From contig OX597829.1 of NCBI GenBank assembly GCA_951406725.2, forward strand, positions 18,724,001 to 18,788,000: a DNA stretch of 64,000 nucleotides, written 5' to 3'. The first letter of the stretch is position 1. Each line of letters starts with the position of its first letter. Of the stretch, positions 11,860 to 25,039 are shown piece after piece. The position numbers were made by a program, and so were the translations under genes. The notes under the pieces were generated by a model, which ran no database searches, had not been told where the DNA came from, and was given only the letters and a program-made list of their open reading frames with translations. This DNA is from Octopus vulgaris (taxonomy: Eukaryota).

Positions 11860-12665
11860 TATACTGACCGCCAGGTGCTCTTCAGTAGGTGCCAGATCCA
11901 CCCTACATGCATTGACAGCTGTTCAACAAAGCCCCACATGTCAGTAATGCATGGACACTGGATGAGTGCATGCAGGACATTTTCATTGCCTTGTGCATAT
12001 CTCTGACAGGTCAGTCTGACAGCACTTCCGTGTCTGTAGAGCTTGTCTCGAACCAGCTGAGCTCCCTGGTAGCACTGTTAGGCCAAGGATTTCTGGAAGT
12101 TATCCATTGGCCTTAGCCCAAAGGTCCTCTGGAAAACACCAGTTAATTGATTCTTCCCAATGCCTGGAATTTCCTTGAGGAATCACCACTCTTTCCCTCC
12201 ACTAATCCCCTATGAAACTCCATAGTGGAACTTCCACCAACTGCATTGTCTGACTGGCAGAAAGCTGTGAGCACTTGCCGACACTCCAGATGCCAAGTGC
12301 CCTTTCTTGGTCCATGCTTGATCCAGGACTGTAGCCCCATCAATGAAATGAGCTGCAGAAAATCCTGTGACAAGTAGCAATCCCACCCGCTCACACCTGG
12401 AGATGTCGCTGTCTCAGCATGTGTGTCTGTGCATCATTAGCCATAGCATGCTCAGTCCTCCACTCAGTGGCTGTTGACAGCAGATGGACTGTCTGATGTG
12501 TGGAAATGTCCCTTCCACAGAACACAGAAAAGCAAGCTTCAGCTTGATCAGCCAGGGCTTCATTGCTCCTGAAGGAGGAACCCCTCCCTGTACTCTTTTG
12601 ACCACTGTCTGTCTCTGGCCAATCATGGCTATATAGGCCCCTGGTAGTGGGTGATATCACCTTGT
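11860..12665 (-). mobile_element. L1/Tx1-clade LINE ORF2 C-terminal remnant (zf-RVT region)
   Basis: Minus strand: IRQSICCQQPLSGGLSM..MHRH; then DNFQKSLA*QCYQGAQLVRDKLYRHGSAVRLTCQRY..ENVLHALIQCP..MWGFVEQ (degenerate CCHC finger). Confidence 0.7.
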
Positions 12666-12685
12666 CATATATATATATATATATG

Positions 12686-12820
12686 ACGTTTCCAGCGAAG
12701 AGCTCTGCTCGAAACGTTAAACCCTCCTTCTTTCCTTCTTTCCTGAGCGTCCAATAATACTATATTTGTTCCACGTCCTCGGATTGTGTTTTTTTTGTGC
12801 TTTCTTGTTTGGATTAACTT
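12686..12820 (+). mobile_element. Penelope-like fragment with degenerate minimal hammerhead
   Basis: gttt-ccagcga-a-gagc-tct-gctc-GAAAC-GTT-aaac (stems intact, CUGANGA decayed); downstream gagcgtc.aataatact..ttgttccacgtcctcg shared with 30287-30363; inside (TA)n. Confidence 0.5.
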
Positions 12821-13160
12821 TATATATATATATATATATATATATAGGTGAGTTAAGTTAGAGGTTATAATAACTGTCTAAGGGTTACTTGTATCCAATG
12901 AATTCACTAATGTATTACCTATATTTAATCATGAGCATTTGTATTAATGGTCATAAATGATAGGTAATGACAAAAATAAACTAGAGTTTATCAATATTCA
13001 TGGAAGTAGGAAATGGAGATACAATTGATGAAAAACAATTCATTTACATCAATTATCGTTTATTAATTAATTACAGAAAGACAGAACTTCAACATACAGC
13101 TGTTTCTATTAGTGTGATTCTCAGTTTTAACCAGCACAATAACAATAATAATTGTAAGTA

Positions 13161-13866
13161 CCGTAAATCCTCGAGTATAATCTGCCCTTGAGTATAATAT
13201 GTAGGGGATTTTTAGGGGGCTGTACCTCTGAAAAACTTAAACCTTGTGTATAATACGCACCCCTTCTCTAACTTGAGTCAAGGAGGTCTATATAACGTCC
13301 TTGGTTTGTAAAAATGTATATGGTAACGGCCTTTATTATTATTGTATATATAACATAATGCAAACGTGTAGCTTTTTTGTGCATTTTGTTTGCAGAAAAT
13401 AAAGAAATAACAGTAATAATGTCAGTGAAAATAAATATTAAGTAAATTGCCTTTACATATTTATTACTATCAGTTACAAAAGCAAAAGCAAAAACATTTA
13501 TTCAAATCCTTCAAATTTGATAAAATTTTTCACAATAATCTGAGGATCAAGTTCATTCCATGCATACACGATCCATTTGTATATCAAAGTCAGGTTGGGA
13601 GCGCGAACCCTTCCACCTTTAGTGAACGACTTTTCTCTAGTCGACATCCATTCAGTCCATAAATCACTTTATGACTTCATTGCTTTCAGGCATAGTTTAA
13701 GGTATTTTCACAAAATGTGTCTGAATAAACATTGCTGGACAGCAAATAGAGATTTGGACATTGCATAGAAAATATTTTTCATTTTTAACCTCGTATATAG
13801 TACGCATTAGGGATTTTGACCTTTAAATTTTGGGAAAAAATGCGGATTATACTCGAGGACTTACGG
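13161..13866 (-). mobile_element. Internally deleted pogo/Tc2-like (Tc1-mariner) DNA transposon
   Basis: TIRs ccgtaaatcctcgagtataatc / gattatactcgaggacttacgg with left TA; minus-strand DLWTEWMSTREKSFTKGGRVRAPNLTLIYKWIVYAWNELDPQIIVKNF resembles the pogo DDE C-terminus. Confidence 0.85.
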
Positions 13867-14163
13867 TCATTAGTTATACCAAAATGAATCTCAGAACTTC
13901 ATCAGAATAGATAAGTAAATAAAATAAAAGTCAAAAGAAAAAGAAGAAAAAGAAAGAGAAAGTGAGAAGGGTAATAACCAGTTGGTGCTACATTCTGACC
14001 CACTGTGAAATATTCGACCGACTAGAATTTAGAAATAGAATTAGGCGTAGTTATAATATTTAGTGGTACATTTCTAAATATGGGGGGAAGGCATGGGTTA
14101 AATATATAACTAAATAAGCAATTTGGTTAAATCAAAAAAATAAGATAAAAAAGTAAGAAATAA

Positions 14164-14467
14164 GGTGCAGGAGTGGCTGTGTGGTAAGTAGCTTGCTTAC
14201 CAACCACATATGGTTCCGGGTTCAGTATGTATGTATATGTATGTGTGTGTATATGTCTGCGTGTCTGTGTTTGTTCCCCTAGCATTGCTTGACAACCAAT
14301 GCTGGTCTGTTTACGTCCCTGTCACTTAGCAGTTTGGCAAAAGAGACCGATAGAATAAGTACTGGGCTTACAAAGAATAAGTCCCGGGGTCGCTTTGCTC
14401 GACTAAAGGCGGTGCTCCAGCATGGCCACAGTCAAATGACTGAAACAAGTAAAAGAGTAAAAGAGTA

Positions 14468-14468
<1 letters not shown>
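14164..14468 (+). mobile_element. SINE family A with internal deletion
   Basis: Head jumps from gggttcagt directly to the internal microsatellite; tail intact. Confidence 0.8.
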
Positions 14469-14564
<96 letters not shown>

Positions 14565-14991
14565 GAGGAAGCAATATCCACGTAAGGGATTGTTACAAAA
14601 CAATCCAGATGCCAACTAGGTTTAAACAAAAACATTGGTAGAAAGTTCCTCAATATATATGTATAAACAGTGTCATAAAATATTTTAGGATAGCTTTGGG
14701 TTGTTTTGTTGATGCGGTTCCTTTTATACTTGTTCTTGTAGGTATATCTTTTAATCTTTTAATTTGCATTACTTTTTACTTTTCCACCAATTGTGATAGA
14801 AATAAAATGAACCAAGCATCTCTTATATTTTTTTCTTCTACATTTTCTTTTATTGACTTTTAAATTTTATATATATATGGTTGAAATTTACAGAAAAACA
14901 AAAGATGAAGACAGGTGTATAAACAACAAGCAGGTGTATTAGTTTAATACTCAGGAAAGTGAGAAAGTCTTTTATGATTTATATATGACCA

Positions 14992-15291
14992 TTTTTTTGG
15001 AAGCACTCCGTCGGTTACAACGACGAGGGTTCCGGTTGATCCGAATCAACGGAACAGCCTGCTCGTGAAATTAACGTGTAAGTGGCTGAGCACTCCACAG
15101 ACACGTGTACCCTTAACGTAGTTCTCGGGGATATTCAGCGTGACACAGAGAGTGACAAGGCCGGCCCTTTGAAATACAGGTACAACAGAAACAGGAAGTA
15201 AGAGTGAGAGAAAGTTGTGGTGAAAGAGTACAGCAGGGATCACCACCATCCCCTGCCAGAGCCTCATGGAGCTTTAGGTGTTTTCGCTCAA
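14992..15291 (-). mobile_element. 5'-truncated retroposon (SINE family C) with 11-bp TSD
   Basis: atatatgacca at 14981-14991 and 15292-15302; T-run at left end; a degenerate piece recurs at ~52310-52400. Confidence 0.7.
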
Positions 15292-15324
15292 ATATATGAC
15301 CAATACCATCATAGACAAATAAAA

Positions 15325-15358
<34 letters not shown>

Positions 15359-16061
15359 GGTGGTGGTGATTTGGTCTGTATTCATATTGTACATAGACTA
15401 ATTAGAAATTGGTTTACCGTTAGAACCTAAGCACCATAAATAGACACCGTGTGTTGAAACAGGCACACATTCTTTGTTGCTGTAATTCCTAAGGTCGGTC
15501 CCTGTGATGCTACTAATTAAAATCCATTCCGTATTTACTTAATTGATGGCTGTTTAAAATGATGTGAAAGAACCAGCCCATCGTCCCTATAGAAACCTGC
15601 GTCTAGTGTATTGAACTGAGTCTTGAGTTTATCATATAATGATTATGAATCTCACCAAACTTCACCACCATCAATCATATCCTCCCATGCTAAACATCAA
15701 AAGGGGGTCATTAACAGCCTTTAACCCACACCACAATCGTTAAATGAACAAAAAAAGAAGAAAGAAGAAAAAAAAAATGTAACGGCATTTACTCATGTAT
15801 GATAATTTCAATATCCCTGCTATAAATGGTTTACGAGGTATCTTAACATACAGAATACTCAGCCATTTTCTGATGTGATCTCACTTTTTTCATAATTGAC
15901 AACTTGCAAATATCATATATTGCTCACACATGCACACACGCACACATGTGTGTACACACTTACACACACAGATGCATATACACATGCACACACACTTACA
16001 CACATGCACATGTACATGTATACGTGTGACATGTGTGTGTGTGTATATATATATATGTATT

Positions 16062-16104
<43 letters not shown>

Positions 16105-16262
16105 GTAAATATACAAATATATATATTTCACACACAAGCACACACACACGCACATATATATATAAGCACAAACATGTTCACAAGCATACACATAGAAATA
16201 TTTATATGTATGTGTATGCAGGTTTGTATGTAATATGTGTGATGTATATGTATGTATATATG

Positions 16263-16299
<37 letters not shown>

Positions 16300-16911
16300 T
16301 GTACACATATATGTATATATATATATATATATAATGTACTATATATCTGTGCGCAAACACACACATACACACACACACACACACACAAACATACACACAC
16401 ACACACATATCTAATAAGTGCCTACAGCTTCTTCATTATTATTTTTTTTTTTTTTCAATCATTGTTTAATGCTTACACTCTGCTGTTGTTTGCTGCAAAA
16501 GAGCAGCTGGTCTTTCTACACCAACATGTACGACAGAATTTGCTGAAAATGGCTGACTGCAACAAGCTTCTGATTACTAAGTTATTAAAACTACAAATTC
16601 AAAAGTAGCTACAGGTACTAACGCACTCACACGCACACACACACACACACACACATACACGTATGCACACACTCACCACACTCACACATGCATACACACA
16701 CACACACGAGTGTACGTGTTTATGTATTTGTATACGAATGCATATGTAAACATTAACTTAAATGTATTAGTTTTATGTCATTACGGAGTTAATTGCATTT
16801 TGATAGATACTAGCAGCAAATATTGACAAATATTGAATAAATTGCACTTGGTCATCAGGCAGTATACATGAATGTGTACAAAAGTTCTTACATAATGGAA
16901 TGTATGTATAT

Positions 16912-17270
16912 ATCATCATCATCATTGTCATCATCCTTTAACATCCATTTTCCATGCTGGCATAGGTTGGACAGTTTGACCAGAGCTGGTAAGATGGAGA
17001 GCTGCAATAAGTTCCTGTCTGATTTGGCATGGTTTCTGCAGCTGGATGCTCTTCCTAGTGCCAACCACTTTACAGTGTGCAGGATGATTGTGATGTGGCA
17101 CTGGATGGGTGTGAATGTTATATGTACTCTTGTGTGGAGCCTGCACAAGACTCTTCCATCCCACATGTCTCCTGTTCTGTTTGGTCCATTCTCGGACTAA
17201 ACAAAACAAGAGGAGACACACGTGGGCTGGAGAGTTACTGAAGAGACCACAGAACATGTGATAAAAGATT
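16912..17270 (-). mobile_element. RTE 3' fragment
   Basis: (cat)n tail + ccatgctggcataggttggacag..gctggatgctcttcctagtgccaacc. Confidence 0.75.
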
Positions 17271-17316
17271 TCCAAATTGTGGACATAAAATAATAATAAT
17301 AATAATAAACAATTAC

Positions 17317-17542
17317 GGAGATGGACTTGCATAGCAAGTGACTTGATGTGAGAACATGTGCTGTAACAAAAACAATTGCAATGTGAAAGATGTTTGTAAG
17401 CCATTCAAGAACACACAAAAAAAGCCATTAGTTTCACTGTGACGAGTGACGAAAATATTTTGACACAAATATAATATGTCAAAGTGAACTAACAGTTTTT
17501 GTGTGTTCTTGAATGGCTTACAAACATCTTCCACGCTGCAAT
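17317..17542. mobile_element. Older, shorter relative of the 10327-10723 fold-back element
   Basis: ggagatggacttgcatagcaagtg extension plus inverted arms (~17375-17437 / ~17484-17542); retains gtgacGAAAatattttgaca half-hammerhead. Confidence 0.7.
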
Positions 17543-17711
17543 AATATACAAGTGAAGAATGAATATATAGTATGTGTGTAATTTAGCAAGAAAAAAAATG
17601 ACCATCCCGAACTATAACAATGTTTCTTTTAACACAGAAGAAATCTTACAAAATTTTATATCTTCATCCTTTAATGCCCATTTTCCATGGTGCCATGGAT
17701 CGACAAGATTT

Positions 17712-18012
17712 GGCAAGCTGGAGAGCTGCACCAGGTTCCAATCTGATTTGGCTTGGTTTCTACAGCTGGATGCCCTTCCTAGTGCCAACCACTTTATAGT
17801 GTGTGCTGAGTGCTAGAGGTGGGAAGCTGAAGAGCTGCACCAGGTTCCAGTCTGATTTGGCTTGGTTTCTACAGCTGGATGCCCTTCCTAGTGCCACCCA
17901 CTTTATAGTGTGTGCTGAGTGCTAGAGGTGGCAAGCTGGAGAGCTGCACCAGGTTCCAGTCTGATTTGGCTGGTTTCTACAGCTGGATGCCCTTCCTAGT
18001 GCCATCCACTTT
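17712..18012 (-). repeat. Tandem triplication (~109-bp unit) of an RTE 3'-UTR segment
   Basis: ggcaagctggagagctgcaccaggttcca...gtgctgagtgctagaggt starting at ~17712, 17821 and 17930. Confidence 0.9.
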
Positions 18013-18956
18013 ACAACATTGCTGGGTGCTCTCAAAGTGGCACTGGCATGAATGATGTATGGCATAGCTGGCTAAAACTTTGAAATCTTTGTAAATAATA
18101 TTTTTGTGCAGGAATAATAAATATGTGCTCTATAAAAGTATAAAGTAACCCATATGATTAATGTAAAATTGTTTTTTTATCACAACTGATCACGAAAACA
18201 AACTTTAATATATGTGTCAACATGGGTGATCTTGTTTGCTTGTTATGTATGCCAACATATTTGAAAAAATAAAAAAAAAGCCCCTATATCTGTGATTCTA
18301 AAGAAAGACTGAGAAAGTTAAAAAAATAGAAAAGAAAGAAAAAAGGAAGGGAGAAAGAGAAGAAAGAAGGAAGGATAATCTAGGCATTTTCTAGTTCCAT
18401 ATCAAACTCTATCTTACATATTAAATAATATATATCAATGTAATAATTCTGTATATTTTTCTGGTTCCCATGCATCTTCTCACTTACCAAACTTTGGAAG
18501 TTAATGTACAATACCAACAACCCTGTATTTGCTGTTTGTTGTTGATGTTGTTGTTGTTGTTGTTGTTGTTGTTGTCTAGACCAGAGTGGTCTCAACCAGA
18601 TCTTATGTGTAGACCAATGATCAGCCAGATTCTATCTTGTTGTTTTCTTCCCTGGGGTGGGGGAGCTGTCTGTATAGGAAACTTATGTCAGCATCGTAAA
18701 CACAAGCATGTCTTTTGCTTTAGGGTTGGGGGTGGAGGTGGAGGTTTGGTGCAGAGTGTGTGTGTGTGTGTAGAATGGCTTGGTGGAGAGGGAGTGGTGG
18801 TGTAGGTCAAACGACCATGACCCACCCTCAGTATCGGCTTACTTGTCAGGGTGCGGTGTGGTGTTGGGGAGTGGGGATAAGTATCCAGGTGTTGGGAGAG
18901 TGGGGGTAGTGCATAATAATGCATATGTGTTGGTGTGAAGGTTGTTAATGGTCGAA

Positions 18957-19531
18957 GGTGGTGGTGGTGGTAGTGATGGTGGTGGTGGTGGTAGTGATGG
19001 TGGTGGTGGTGGTTCTGGGTGGTGATGGTGACAGTGGTGATATTGGTGGTGGTGGTGGAAGCAGCAATGTTGGTTACTGTGTTGATGCTGATGTCGGTGG
19101 GGATGGTGATGGTGCCGGTGATAGTGATGATGATGGTGGTTGTGGTGGTGGGGGGCGGGCGGGCGGGCGGGATACAGAAAGAGAAGCAGAATGGTAATGA
19201 AGATGGTTTTGGTGGTGATGGTGGTGGTGGTGGTGGTGGTGGTGGTGGTGGGAGTGGTGTTGCTGGTGGTGGTGGTGTTGCTGTTGCTGCTCCTGATGAT
19301 GATGATGATGATGATGATTATAATGAGCATGATAATTGTAGTGGAGGTAGTGATAACAATTATGTTGGACAATGATGATGATGACGACTACGATGACTCC
19401 TGGCAACGATGATGATGATGATGATGATGACAATGACAACGAAGATGATGATGATGATGATGATGATTATGATGATACCGGGGGGGGGGGGGGTTGTAGT
19501 TCTATTGGTGGTGGTGGTGATGGTGATGGTG
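18957..19531. repeat. Degenerate (GGT)n/(GAT)n low-complexity block
   Basis: Directly visible; similar block at 21360-21610. Confidence 0.9.
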
Positions 19532-20012
19532 GCACCTCCCTCTTCTTCCCTTTCCCCCAAATGCAATCAGGTTGACTGATGGTGACCCCTGTTAGTTGCA
19601 ATGCACTATGACAATGTTATAAACATATCAGATATCTTAGAGGAGGAAGTAACCCAACTCAGTAGTTCACCCATCCCCTTCTACCCCCCCCTCCGCTGGA
19701 GTGGTGATAGTCCCCTTGGCAGGGATAGGATCCACCGTTGGTGTGAATTTATGTTGTGTGTGTGTGTAAGAAAGTAAGAGAGAGGAGGAGAGGAAAACTG
19801 GGTGTGGGGAGTTAGGGAGTGATGTGTTACTTCACCCCTACTCCTATTAGCCTACATCCCCTCCCTCTGTTTCCTTTCCTGCACCCTGTGTACACATGTT
19901 ACAGAGAAAGAGAGAGAGAGAGAGGTCTAGTTTTTTTAGCAGTTTTGTTATTTCTATTGAATTGTCAACACCCTGATGTCACAGTCCAGATGTTAAAAGT
20001 GAAGAGTACTTG

Positions 20013-20505
20013 AGGGAGAGAGAGAGAGAGAGAGAGAGGGAGTGAGTGAGTGTGATAGGCTAGAACAAAAGGAGAGACATAGAGAGAAGTAGGTAGAAAT
20101 AGGGAGAGACAGGGGACAGAGAGAGAGAGAGAGAAAGGTGGGACTGAAAAATCATAGGAGAGAAAGTGGGATAGCGTCAAAAGAGGAGAGAAATAGAGAG
20201 AAGTAGGGAAAAAGAGGAAGGGAAAGAGAGAGACAGGGGGTAGAGAGAGAGAGAGAGTGTGTGTGTGAAAGAGAAAGTGGGATAGGATGGAACAAAGGGC
20301 GAGACATAGAGAGGAGAGGTAGAGAGAAAGAGGAAGAGAATGAGAGAGACATGGGACAGGGAGAGAGAGTGAAGAAGAGAGGGGGACAGAAAAATCATAG
20401 AAGAAAAAGAGAGAGAGAGAGTGATGGAGAGGAAGGGAGAAAATGGGATAGGGTAGAACAGGAGAGACAGAGAGTAGGGAAAAAGAGGAAGAGAAAAAGA
20501 GACAG

Positions 20506-20552
<47 letters not shown>

Positions 20553-20815
20553 AAGTGAGGAAGGGAGGGGTACAGAAAAATCATGAAAGTAAAAGAGAAA
20601 GAGATGAAGATGGAGGGAGAAAATAGGATAGGGTAGAACAGAAGGAGAGACAGAGAGTAGGGAGAAAGAGACAGGCAGGGAGAGAGAGTATGAGTGAGGA
20701 AGAGAGGGGAACAGAAAAGTCATGAGAGAAAAAGGGAGAGAGAGTTAGAGAGAGAAAGAGAGATGGAGAGGAAGAGTGAGAACAAGGGGAAAACAAAAGA
20801 GGCAGAGAGTGAGAG

Positions 20816-20854
<39 letters not shown>

Positions 20855-20917
20855 GTGAGATTTTGAGAGTTGAGACCATATATATAAGAGAGAGAGAGAG
20901 AGATGAAGAGAATTGTG

Positions 20918-20950
<33 letters not shown>

Positions 20951-21000
20951 GTGAGAGAGAGAGAGAGAGGGAGGGTGAGGGAGAGTGAGATAGAGAGACA
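20013..21000. repeat. ~1-kb polypurine (GA) tract with degenerate internal repeats
   Basis: Recurring acagaaaaatcat.. and gatagggtagaaca..ggagagacagagagtaggga modules. Confidence 0.85.
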
Positions 21001-22329
21001 GCTGATGTTTAACTCTGGTAGAGCCCTCTGGTAGACTTACAATTAAAGTGGCATTCCAGCCATGACCATCTCATCTTTTGTGTTTGGGGTGGGATTAGGG
21101 TAGTGTACATCAGACAATCTTACTGAATGCTGCTTTTTCTTTTTTCCAAGATGGTAGGTGCAATTCGAGGTAGACTTGGCTGTTATTTCTAGCAGGCTTT
21201 GTGATCATGTAGGTAGAAGTTCCTTCTTTGGTTCATGTACAGAGAGGGAGTGTAAGGAATTTTTCCGAGGGGTTGGGGGGAGGAAATAGTAACAATAGAG
21301 TGGTGATTGTGCGGGTGATAGTGGTGATGAGGGGGTGCTGATGCTGGTGATATTCAGTAGTGTCAGTGGTATCGGTGGTGTTGGCACTCGTAACAATGGT
21401 TAGTAGTGATGGCAGCAGTGGGGTGGTAGTGATACCTGCAGTAGTGGCAGCAGTGGCAGTGACAGAGGTGGTAGTGGTGGTGGTGGTGGCAGTGGTGGTG
21501 GTGGTGGCGGTGGTGGTGGTGGTGGAAGTGGTGGTGGTGGTGGTGACAGTGGTAGAGGTGGAGGTGGTGATGGCAGTTGGGGGTGGGTGGTAGCAGTGGT
21601 GGCAGTGGTCCAGACCATGAAGGGTGCAATGGAAGCAAGGGTGTGTAAAGATACTGTAAACACACACACACACACACATGTGCATGTGCATGCACACAGA
21701 CAGAAGCTTACTGTGCAGCAGATCCGTTGTATATTGAGGAGTTGCAGGAAAAGATGGAAGTATGGAGTAAAGGGTAGGAATGGTGCGAAGGAAGGGATTA
21801 CTATTGTTGAGGTGTGCAAAAGGAAGGGACATGATTGTAGAATGGAAAGGGAAAAAATAGTGTAAGAGAACTATTTCTTATTAGCAAAGACAAAGAGAGA
21901 GAGAAAGAGAGAGTATTCACCATAAGGTTGAGAAAAAGAGGGGACAAAACAAACGTTGGGGTCAGGGTATCGAATGAGCCGAACCGTATGAATAAACAAA
22001 CAATTAAAATATATACAATTAAATGAGAATGAGTAATTAACAAAAAATGAAGCGGAGGTCGCGGTCGACCCCACAAACCACATACTCACACTGAAGAGTT
22101 TGCTTTCTCCTTTTTTACATTTGACAATCAAATGGGGCCCAAATTTGATTCTACTACATGGTATCTTGAGAAAGGGTCTGCCATTGTAAGTACAAAAACA
22201 TTTCATAACGAAAATAACAATATAATAAGTAAAAATTCCCAATAGGGGGAGGTGCTTTGAAGGTTACTCATGGAAAGAACCCATAAAAGCCATGGTTACC
22301 TGGTCAACAGGACAAGAGCCCTTTCTCCT

Positions 22330-22480
22330 TTTATGCCTTTTTTTTTTTAAAGATGTAATCACAGAATTGGTCCATCCATGCTGGCCATTTTTCCGACATT
22401 CACCCACCTTTCAATAGATTTGCTAGAAGGCAACATTTCCCTCTCTAGCCTCACCTTCCTTTTCACGTAGAACTTGAATC
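22330..22480 (-). mobile_element. Probable L1/Tx1 ORF2 extreme C-terminus
   Basis: Minus strand FKFYVKRKVRLEREMLPSSKSIERWVNVGKMASMDG followed by an A-run. Confidence 0.45.
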
Positions 22481-22487
22481 CTTTCTA

Positions 22488-22850
22488 CTATAGGCACAGG
22501 GCCAGAAATTTGGAGGAGAGGGCTAGTCGATTACATCGACCCCAGTACTTGACTAATACCTAATTCATTGACCTCGAAAGGATGGAAAATAAAGTTGACC
22601 TCGGTGGAATTTGAACTCAGAATGTAGCGGCAGACAAAAAAACCCACTAAGCACTTCACCCGGCCTGCAAATGATTATGCCAGCTTGCTGCCTTCATATA
22701 ATAATAATAATAATAATAATAATGGTTTCAAATTTTAGCATGCAGCCAGCACTTTGGGGTAAGTGGGCTAGTTGATTAGATTGCCCCTAGTATTCAACAT
22801 GTACTTATTTTATTGACCCTGAAAAGATGAAAGGCTAAGTCAACCTCACT
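22488..22850 (-). mobile_element. Two SINE family B copies
   Basis: gtcgattacatcgaccccagtac..gacctcggtggaatttgaactcagaatgtagc..gccagcttgctgcc. Confidence 0.75.
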
Positions 22851-23278
22851 TGTATATGTATAATTCTTTTTCTGTTGCACTTGCATTATTTCATAACTTT
22901 ACATTCATTCAATGGTCAAAAGACCCTTTCTGTTATTTTTTTTTCCTTCTATTCTATAGCCAAAAGGTGTTCTCATTTTTGTTTCTGTTCCCGCTTTTGT
23001 TCTTGTATACATTTGTTTGCCTTTCCCAAAAGCTTAAAGCTTTTAGCTTAAGTCCCTGGCACCCACCGGATTTGAGTAGTCTCAGAGATAAGGGGTAAAA
23101 CTACAAGGACTTTGCAGACTTCAACTGAAGCGGTAATGGGGTGTGAATGATTCATGTATCTCATTTTTGTCCTGTTTGCCGTTTCTCGTGCTATCGTCTA
23201 TTTTTCCACATGTTGTGTTTTGTTGGTTTCTGTTTGTTGTGTTCTTTCTGTCCTACCTTTGATTTATATATATATATC

Positions 23279-24100
23279 TATGAGGTGGTATCAAAATGTT
23301 CCCAACCTAGTTCTGTTTAATAAAAAAACAACTTACTCACCTAAATTTTATCATTGTCTCCTTCGAAATACTCTCCGTGTGCAGCAATACGTCAGTGCCA
23401 GTGTCCTTGCCACTTTTGGAATCCGGCCTGGAAGTCATTTTCCATAAGTGAGTCAAGGACCTTCTGCAATCCACTCTTCAACAGTATTAAAACTTTGACC
23501 TTTCAACTGCATTTTCAACTTGGAGAAGAGATAGAAGTCTGCAGGTGCTAAATCTGGCAAATAGGGCAGGTGTGGAAGCGACACCATGTTGTTCTTGGCA
23601 AGAGACTCAGGAGTGGGGAGAGCTCTGTAACAGGGTGCTTTGTCGTTGTGAAGAATCCATTTCTTTGCGCTTCACAGATTCAGTCGCTTTCACCAAATGT
23701 CTTACCTTAAGTACTTCAAAACATCACAATAGAACTCTTGATTGACCGTCTGGCCTTGGGGCACAAATGCTCAATGCACAACACAACATTTCCAAGGGTG
23801 ATGTTCGTGGAAGGTCTTCTGAATTGCTCATTGTCTTCCGTGCCACTTGAAACATTGCATATGACCCATTGCCTCATCACTGTAAGGTTGCCAAAGCATG
23901 CTCAATGTCTCTGTAGCAGACTTCCCAAGTTTAACACAAGATTTTATGTTGGCTCTTTACTCCTGTCCATGACAAAATCGCAGAATACAACACACATGTG
24001 ATCACAAAAACACAAATTTCACAACTTGTGAAGTAAACACAGTGATGTCACTTGAATGCAGAATTCGAACCTGTGCTCTTCAGATAACAGCTGAGTGTCT
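23279..24100 (-). mobile_element. Degraded mariner transposon
   Basis: Minus strand NIKSCVKLGKSATETLSML..YSDEAM..CFKWH (HTH) and WILHNDKAPC..LPHLPYLPDLAPADFYLFSKLKMQLKG (HDNA and YSPDLAPxD motifs); TA-tgaggtggtatcaaaa terminus. Confidence 0.85.
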
Positions 24101-24351
24101 ACCATGAAGCTAAATAGGCCCTGACAACAATTACCATCAATTTTAATGCTAGGTAATAGCTTTCGAATGCAACAACATTTTATAAACAAACAACTGGTAT
24201 CCGAGTAGTACAGGTTCAATTCCCATAGCTGCCTGCTGGCAACTCTTTTCTGTCTTATAAGGGTAAATACCAAATCTTTCTTTGCCTTACTGTGTTTGAA
24301 ATTGACTTTCTTGTCTGTAAAATCCCAAATACATTCAATGCTTCCAAAGTT

Positions 24352-24557
24352 TACTCTTTTACTTGTTTCAGTCATTTGATTGCGGCCATGCTGGAGCACC
24401 ACCTTTAGTCAAGCAAATCAACCCCAGGACTTGTTCTTTGTAAACCTAGTACTTACTCTATCAGTGTCTTTTGCCAAACCGCTAAGTTACGGGGATATAA
24501 ACACACCAGCATCGGTTGTCAAGCAATGTTGGGGGGACAAACACAGACACACAAACG

Positions 24558-24608
<51 letters not shown>

Positions 24609-24975
24609 GACAGGCTTCTTTCAGTTTCCGTCTACCAAATCCACTCACAAGGCTTTGGTCGGCCCGAGGCTATAGTAGAAGACACTTGCACAAGGTGCCA
24701 TGCAGTGGGACTGAACCCGGAACCATGTGGTTGGTAAGCAAGCTACTTACCACACAACCACTTCTATACTTATATATAGATTTATTCTTTTACTTGTTTC
24801 AGTCATTTCACTGCAGCCATGCTGGAGCACCACCTCAAAGGGTTTTAGTCAAAGAAATCGACCCCCAGGACTTATGCGATTTTTTTGCTGAACCCTTAAG
24901 TTACGGGGACATAAACACACCAGCATCGGTTGTCAAGCGATGGTGAGGAAACAAACACAGACACACATAAATATA
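24352..24975 (-). mobile_element. SINE family A full copy plus adjacent partial copy
   Basis: 24352-24765 full; 24785-24975 partial. Confidence 0.85.
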
Positions 24976-25039
24976 TACATTTTTACATGCCACCAGCACG
25001 GATGCCAGTCAGGCAGCACAAGTATCGGCACCACTTGAA

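Noticed and set aside
13090-13910. Hammerhead split by the pogo insertion (gaaacagctgta near 13095 and ctgatga near 13900, minus)
   Set aside because: Stems I and II do not pair convincingly
18839-19575. His/Pro/Gly/Asp-rich ORFs resembling structural proteins
   Set aside because: Degenerate (GGT)n/(GAT)n open in several frames on both strands; no splice or domain support
21700-21780. Short coding-looking stretch IEELQEKMEVWSKG
   Set aside because: Resembles the RTE post-YADD helix (LSELEEKFQVWKEG), so probably a LINE relic rather than a host exon
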